Shown here: piece by piece, positions 56,701 through 64,000 of the stretch
How the letters are laid out: each line of letters opens with the position of its first letter
Position numbering within the stretch: the first letter of the stretch is position 1
DNA from: the human T2T-CHM13v2.0 reference genome, Homo sapiens
Reading direction: 5' to 3' (one strand)
DNA: 64,000 nucleotides
NCBI RefSeq assembly: GCF_009914755.1
Contig: NC_060940.1
Notes under the pieces: generated by a model
What the model saw: only the letters and a program-made list of their open reading frames with translations
Database searches by the model: none
What the model was told of the DNA's origin: nothing
Program-made: the position numbers and the translations under genes

Positions 56701-59450
56701 ATGACTCCATTCGAGTCCATTCGATGATTCCACTCGATTCCATTAGATGACTCCATTGGAGTCCATTTGATTGTTCCATTCGATTCCATTTGATTCCTTT
56801 CGAAGATTATTCCATTTGAGTCCATTCGATGATGATTCCATTCCATTCCATTCCATGATTCCGTTTGATTCCATTCGATGATTCCCTTCGATTCCTTTCT
56901 TTGATGATTCCATTCCATTCCATTCAATGATTCCATTCGAATCTATTCCATGATGATTCCTTTCGATTCCATTCGCTGATGTTTCCGTTCAATTCCATTC
57001 GATGATGATTCCATTCGATTCCATTCATTGAGGATTCCATTTGATTCCATTCAATGATGATTCCATTCTATTCCATTCAATGATTGCATTCAATTCCATT
57101 CAATGATTATCCCATTAGAGTAAACTCAACGATTCCATTCAATACCATTCGATGATGATTCCTTTTGAGTCCATTCAATGATTTCATTCAAGTCCATTTG
57201 ATGATTCCTTTCAATTCCATTCTATGATGATTCCATTCGAGTCCATTCGATGATTCCATTCGATTGCATTCGATGATTCCATTATATTCCAGTCAACGAT
57301 GATTCCATTCGAGTCCATTCGATGATTCCATTAGAGTACATTTAATGATTGCTTTGTTTTCAATTCGAAGATGATTACATTGGATTCCATTCTATGATAC
57401 CATTCGATTCCATTCAATGATGATTCCACTCAAATCCATTGGATGATTCCATTCGTGTCCATTCGGTGATTTCATTAGATTCCATTCGAGGATGATTCCA
57501 TTCGATTCCATTCGATGATTCCATTCAATTCCATTCGATGATGATTCCATTCCAGTCCATATGATCATTCCATTTGATTTCATTCGATGATGATTCCATT
57601 CAATTCGATTCGACGATTCCATTCTATTCCATTCGATGATGATTCCATTCGAGTCCATTCGATGATTCCATTCGAGTCCATTTAATGATTCCATTGGGTT
57701 CAATTCAATGATGATTACATTGGATTCCGTTCTATGATTCCATTCAATTCCGTTCATTGACAATTTGATTCCATTCGATGATGATTCCATTTGAGTTCAT
57801 TCGATGATTCTATTCGATTCTCTTCGATGGTGATTCAATTCTATTATATTGGATGATTCCATTCGATTCCATTTGATGTTGATTCAATTCGATTCTATTC
57901 GATGATGATTCCATTGGATTTCACTTGATGATTCTATTCGATTCCATTCAATGATGATTCACTTCTCGTCCATTGGATGATTCCATTTCATTCCATTCGA
58001 TGATGATTCCATTCGATTCCATTCGATGATTCCATTTGATTCCATGCGACGGTGAGCAATTCGATTCAATTCCATGATGATTCTATTTGATTCAATTAGA
58101 TGATGTTTCCATTCGAATCCATTCCATGATTATTCCATTGGAATCCATTCGGCGATGATTCCATATGAGTCAATTCAATGATGATTCCATATGGGTCCGT
58201 TCGATGATAATTCCATTTGATTTCATTCGATGCTTCTATTCTATTCCAGTCGATGATGATTCCGTTGGAGTCCATACGATGATTCCATTTGATTTCATTT
58301 GATGATGATTCCATTCGATGATGATTACATTGGATTCCATTCTATGATTCCATTCAATTCCATTCGTTGATGATTCGATTCCATTCAATGATGATTCCAT
58401 TTGAGTTCATTCGATGATTCTATTCGATTCCGTTCGATGGTGATTCAATTCTATTATATTGGATGATTCCACTCGATTCCATTTGATGATTATTCCATTG
58501 GAGTCCACTTAGTGAATCCTTTAGATTCTACTCGACGATGATTCCATTCGAGTCCATTCGATGATACCATTCAATTCCATTCGTTGATGCTTCCATTCAA
58601 GTGCATTCGATGATATCATTCGATTCCATTTGATGATAATTCCATTTGATTCCATGCGATGATTCTATTCGATTCCATTCAATGATAATTCCATTCAATT
58701 CAGTGATTCCTCTGGACTCCATTTGATGATGATTCCATTCAATGATTCCATTCGATTCTATTCGAAAATGATTCCATTTGAATCCATTTGATGATGATTC
58801 CATTAGATTCCATTTGATGATTCCATTCGATTCCATTCGACGATGATTCCATTCCATTCCGTTTGATGATTCCATTCTATTCTATTCGATGATGATTCCA
58901 TTCGATTCCATTCGATGATGATTGGATTCGATTCCATTGGATGATTTCATTTGATTCCATTCGTTAATGATTTCGATCAATTCCATTCGATGATTCCATT
59001 CGATTCCATTCGATAATGATTACATCCGAGTCCATTCGATGATTCCCTTTGAGCCTGTTCGATAATTCCATTTGAGTCCAACCAATGATTCCATTCATTT
59101 CCATTCAATGATTCCATTCGAGTCCATTTGATCATTCCGGTAGGGTCCATTCGATGTTGATTCCATTGGAGTGCATTCGATGATTCCATTCGAGTCCATT
59201 TTAGGATTTGATTCGAGTCCTTTCGATGATTCCATTCGATTCCACTCGATGATGATTTCATTCGAGTCCATTCGACACTTCCAATCGATTCCATTTGATG
59301 ATTCCATTCGAGTCCAATTGATGATTCCATTCAATTCCATTCGATGATGATTCCGTACGATTCCATTCTGTGATGATTCCATGTGATTGCATTCAATGAT
59401 GATTCCTTTCGATTGCATTCGATTATGATTCATTTCGTGTTCATTCTATG
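53713..59450 (+). repeat. HOR unit of 5,738 bp (374-bp deletion)
   Basis: Marker spacing 53713->59451. Junction TTCCATTC at 55499-55506 joins canonical 21094 and 21468. Confidence 0.87.
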
Positions 59451-62400
59451 GTTCCACAGGTTTCCATTCGTGTCCATTCCGTTATTCCATTCTATTCCAT
59501 TTGATGATGATTCCGTTCGATTCCATTCATTGGTGATTCCACTCAATTCCATTCAATGATTCCATTCCATTTCTTTCAACAATGATTCCATTAGTTTCTA
59601 ATCGATGATCCACTTGATTCCATTTGATGACGATTCCATTCTTGTCCATTCGATGATTCCATTTGATTCCATATGATGATGATTCCATTCGATTCCATAC
59701 CATGATGATTCCATTCGAGTCCATTCAATGGTGATTCCATTCAATTCCATTCGATGATTCCTTTTGATTCCATTCGATGATGATGGCATTCGATTCCTTT
59801 CAATCATTCCCTTTGATTCCATTCAAAGGTGATTTCATTCAAGTCCATTCGATAATTGCATTCGATTCCATTCTATGATGATTCCATTCGAGTCCATTTG
59901 ATGATTCCATTCAATTCAAGTCAATGATGATTCCATTCGATTCCATTCGATGATTCCATTGGATTCCATTCGATGATGATTCCATTCAAATCCATTCGAT
60001 AATTCAATTCAAGTCCATTCGATGATGATTCCAATCGAATCCATTCAAAGATTCCATTCAGTTCCATTCGATGATTCCCTTAGATTCCATTCGATGATTC
60101 CACTTGATTGCATTTACGATGATTCCATTCGATTCCATGTGATGATTCCATTCAATTCTATTCAATGATGTCTCCATTTGATTCCATTCGACCATGATTG
60201 CCTTTGATTCCATTCAATGATTCCATTCGGTTCCGTTTGATGATGATTCCGTTCGATTCCATTTGATGATTCCATTTGATTCCATTGGATGAGTCCATTC
60301 GATTACATTCGATGATTATTCCATTCGAGTGCATTAGATGATTCCATTCGAGTCCATTCGATGATTCCATTCGATTCCATTCGATGTTGATTCTGTTCAA
60401 ATCCATTCGATGATTCCACTCGATTCCATTCGTTGACTCCATTTGATCCCATTCGATGATTTCCTTTGATTCCCTTTGATGATCATTCCATTTGATTCAA
60501 TTCGGTGATTTCATTTGATTCCATTCAGTGATGTTTCCATTCGACTCCATTCGATGATGATTCCATTCGACTCCATTCGATTATGATTTCATTCAATTCC
60601 ATTCGATAATGATTCCCTTCGAGTCCATTTGATGATTCCATTCGATTCCATTCAACGATGATTTGATTCGTGTCCATTCGATGATTCCATTTGATTCCAC
60701 TTGATGATGATTCCATTCGAGTCCATTTGATGATTCCATTCAATTCCATACTCCGATGATTTCTTTTGAGCCCACTCAATGCTTCCACTCGATTCCATAT
60801 GATGATGACTCCATTCGATGAAATTCGATGATGATTCCATTCGCTTGCTTTCGATGATGATTCCACTTGAGTCCGTTAGAAGATTCTATTCAATTACATT
60901 CCATGACGATTCCGTTCGAGTCCATTTGATGATTCCATTAGACTCCATTCGACGATGATTCCATTCGATGTTATTCCATGATTCCATTCGATCTCATTCG
61001 ATGATGATTCCATTCAACTCCATTCGATGTTTCCATTCGAGTTCATTCTATTATTCCATTAGATTCCATTCGATGATGATTCCATTCGATTCCATTTGAT
61101 GATTGCATTCTATTTCATTTGATGATGATTCCATTCGAGTCCACTCGATGATTCCATTCGAGTCCATTTAATGAATCCATTGGTTTCAATTCTATGATGA
61201 TTACATTGGATTCCATTCGTTGATGATTTCATTCGGTTCCATTCAATGATGATTCCATTCAATTCCTTTCAATGTTTCCATTCAATTCCATACGATGATG
61301 ATTCCATTTGATTTGATTCGACAGTGAGCCATTCGATTCAATTCCATGATGATTCTATTTGATTCAATTGGTTGACATTTCCATTCGATTCCATTCGATG
61401 ATGATTCCCTTTGATTCCGTTCAAAGATGATTCCATTCTAGCCCATTCAATCATTCCATTCGATTCTATTCAATGATGATTCCATTCATGTCGATTTGGT
61501 GATTCCATTTGACTTCATTTGATGATGATTCCTTTCAAGTTCATTAGATGATTCCATTCGATTCCATTTGATGATGATCCCATTCGAGTCCATTCAGTGA
61601 TTCCATTCGTTTCCATTCCATGATGATTCCATTCCTTTCCATTCAATGATTCCATTCGATTCCGTTTGATGATGATTTCATTCGAGTCCATTTGATGATT
61701 CCATTTGATTCCATTCGATGATGATTCCATTCGAGTCCATTCGATGATTCTATTCGAATCCATTTGATGATTTCTTTTGATTATATTTGGTGATGATTCC
61801 ATTGGAGTCCATTCAATGATTCCATTCTATTCCAATCGATGATGATTCCATTAGAGTCCATTTAATGATTCCATTTGATTCCAGTCTCTGATGATTACAT
61901 TCGAGTCCATACGATGATTCCACTCAATTCCATATGATGATGATTCCATTTGATTCCATTCGGTGATTCCATTCTATTCTATTCAATGGTGATTCCATTC
62001 GAGTACATTAGATGATTCCATTCGATTCCATTCAATGATGATTCTATTTGTGTCCCTTAGATGATTCCACATGATTCCATTAGATGATGATACTATTTGA
62101 GCCCATCCAATGATTCCCTTCGTTTCCATTCGATGAGGATTCCATTCGATTCAATTCATTGGTGATTCTATTCAATTCAATTCTTTGATTCCATTCCATT
62201 CCATTCGACAATGATTCCATTCGATTTCTTTCGATGATTCCACTCGATTCCACTTGACATTGATTCCATTCGATTCCATTCAATGATTCCATTTGATTCC
62301 AGTGGATGATGATTGCCATCGATTCCATTCGATCACTCCATTCTATTCCATTTGATGATGATTACATTCGATTCCATTTGATGATTCCATCTGATTCTAT

Positions 62401-64000
62401 TCGAGGATTCCATTTGATTCCATTCGATGATGATTCCATTCGAGTCCATTCGATGATTTCATTCGAGTACATCCAATGATTCCATTCGAGTCCATTAGAT
62501 GATTCCATTTGATTCCATTTGAAAATGATTCTACTAGAGTCCATTCAATGACTCCATTCGAGTCCATTCAACAATTCCATTCGACTCCATTCGATGATTC
62601 CATTCGATTCTATTTGATGGTTCCATTCGAGTCCATTTAATCATTACAGTCGAGTCCATTTGGTGATTCCACTGGATTTCTTTTGATAATGATACCATTC
62701 AATTACATTTGATGATGATCCCATTCAATTTCATTTGATGATGATTCCATTAGAGTCCATTCGATGATTTCATTCGAGTCCCTTCATTGATTCCATCCAA
62801 TTTCATTGGATGATGACTCCATTCGAGTCCATTCGATGATTCCACTCGATTCCATTAGATGACTCCATTGGAGTCCATTTGATTGTTCCATTCGATTCCA
62901 TTCGATTCCTTTCGAAGATTATTCCATTTGAGTCCATTCGATGATGATTCCATTCCATTCCATTCCATGATTCCGTTTGATTCCATTCGATGATTCCCTT
63001 CGATTCCTTTCTTTGATGATTCCATTCCATTCCATTCAATGATTCCATTCGAATCTATTCCATGATGATTCCTTTCGATTCCATTCGCTGATGTTTCCGT
63101 TCAATTCCATTCGATGATGATTCCATTCGATTCCATTCATTGAGGATTCCATTTGATTCCATTCAATGATGATTCCATTCTATTCCATTCAATGATTGCA
63201 TTCAATTCCATTCAATGATTATCCCATTAGAGTAAACTCAACGATTCCATTCAATACCATTCGATGATGATTCCTTTTGAGTCCATTCAATGATTTCATT
63301 CAAGTCCATTTGATGATTCCTTTCAATTCCATTCTATGATGATTCCATTCGAGTCCATTCGATGATTCCATTCGATTGCATTCGATGATTCCATTATATT
63401 CCACTCAACGATGATTCCATTCGAGTCCATTCGATGATTCCATTAGAGTACATTTAATGATTGCTTTGTTTTCAATTCGAAGATGATTACATTGGATTCC
63501 ATTCTATGATACCATTCGATTCCATTCAATGATGATTCCACTCAAATCCATTGGATGATTCCATTCGTGTCCATTCGGTGATTTCATTAGATTCCATTCG
63601 AGGATGATTCCATTCGATTCCATTCGATGATTCCATTCAATTCCATTCGATGATGATTCCATTCCAGTCCATATGATCATTCCATTTGATTTCATTCGAT
63701 GATGATTCCATTCAATTCGATTCGACGATTCCATTCTATTCCATTCGATGATGATTCCATTCGAGTCCATTCGATGATTCCATTCGAGTCCATTTAATGA
63801 TTCCATTGGGTTCAATTCAATGATGATTACATTGGATTCCGTTCTATGATTCCATTCAATTCCGTTCATTGACAATTTGATTCCATTCGATGATGATTCC
63901 ATTTGAGTTCATTCGATGATTCTATTCGATTCTCTTCGATGGTGATTCAATTCTATTATATTGGATGATTCCATTCGATTCCATTTGATGTTGATTCAAT
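59451..64000 (+). repeat. Partial canonical-length HOR unit running off the window end
   Basis: Internal ORF-track spacings match the canonical unit (56216->62328 = 6112; 60442->62328 = 1886, same as 20299->22185). Confidence 0.85.

Larger units (their letters stand above)
1..64000 (+). repeat. Human satellite II (HSat2/HSATII)-type pericentromeric satellite array, CATTC strand on +
   Basis: The entire window consists of diverged ATTCC/ATTCG pentamers interrupted by GATG(ATG), i.e. 23/26-bp units ATTCCATTCGA(G/T)TCCATTCGATG(ATG). CATTCGATTC and TCGA/GANTC sites are abundant, as expected for HSat2 rather than the purer (CATTC)n of HSat3. No unique sequence and no strand switch seen. Confidence 0.97.

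Noticed and set aside
467-63902. Numerous 60-132 aa minus-strand ORFs (MESSNGIEWNHRM...)
   Set aside because: These are translations of the GGAAT/CATC strand, which is rich in ATG and poor in stop codons. They overlap in several frames, repeat with the HOR and are freely broken by indels and stops. There is no evidence of coding function.
1-64000. Absence of + strand ORFs as a sign of strand-specific coding
   Set aside because: Explained by the recurrent GATGAT motif, which places TGA stops in all + frames.
1-64000. CRISPR-like array of short repeats
   Set aside because: There are no unique spacers, leader or cas genes; the sequence between repeats is itself the same satellite.
1-64000. Alpha satellite/CENP-B boxes, HSat3 or telomeric repeat
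   Set aside because: No 171-bp monomer or TTAGGG tracts. Pure CATTC runs are only about three units long and CATTCGATTC/GATGAT dominates, which indicates HSat2.
1-64000. Inversion or strand-switch point within the array
   Set aside because: No GGAAT-rich tract appears on the + strand. Isolated GGAATCC words (e.g. ~4450) are point variants.

Overview
The whole 64 kb is one uninterrupted eukaryotic satellite array; I see no genes, RNA genes, transposons or CRISPR. The basic repeat is (C)ATTCC/ATTCG pentamers punctuated by GATGAT, giving 23/26-bp units such as ATTCCATTCGAGTCCATTCGATG(ATG). This matches human/great-ape satellite II (HSat2/HSATII), with the CATTC strand on + throughout. On top of this is a 6,112-bp higher-order repeat, consistent from memory with the ~6.1-kb unit described for HSat2B on chr16q11.2. 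The marker GTTCCACAGG occurs at 5761, 11732, 14958, 19308, 25420, 31532, 37644, 43684, 47759, 53713 and 59451, giving periods of 5971, 3226, 4350, 6112, 6112, 6112, 6040, 4075, 5954 and 5738 bp. Each non-canonical period is explained by in-register indels at microhomologies or by a divergent alternative HSat2 block, which occurs twice about 43.9 kb apart. Most units carry a single DUX4-type motif (TGATTCAATTA). All listed ORFs are artefacts of translating the GGAAT strand. I cannot support a novel gene-based system here; what is interesting is array architecture, recombination footprints and possible regulatory motifs.
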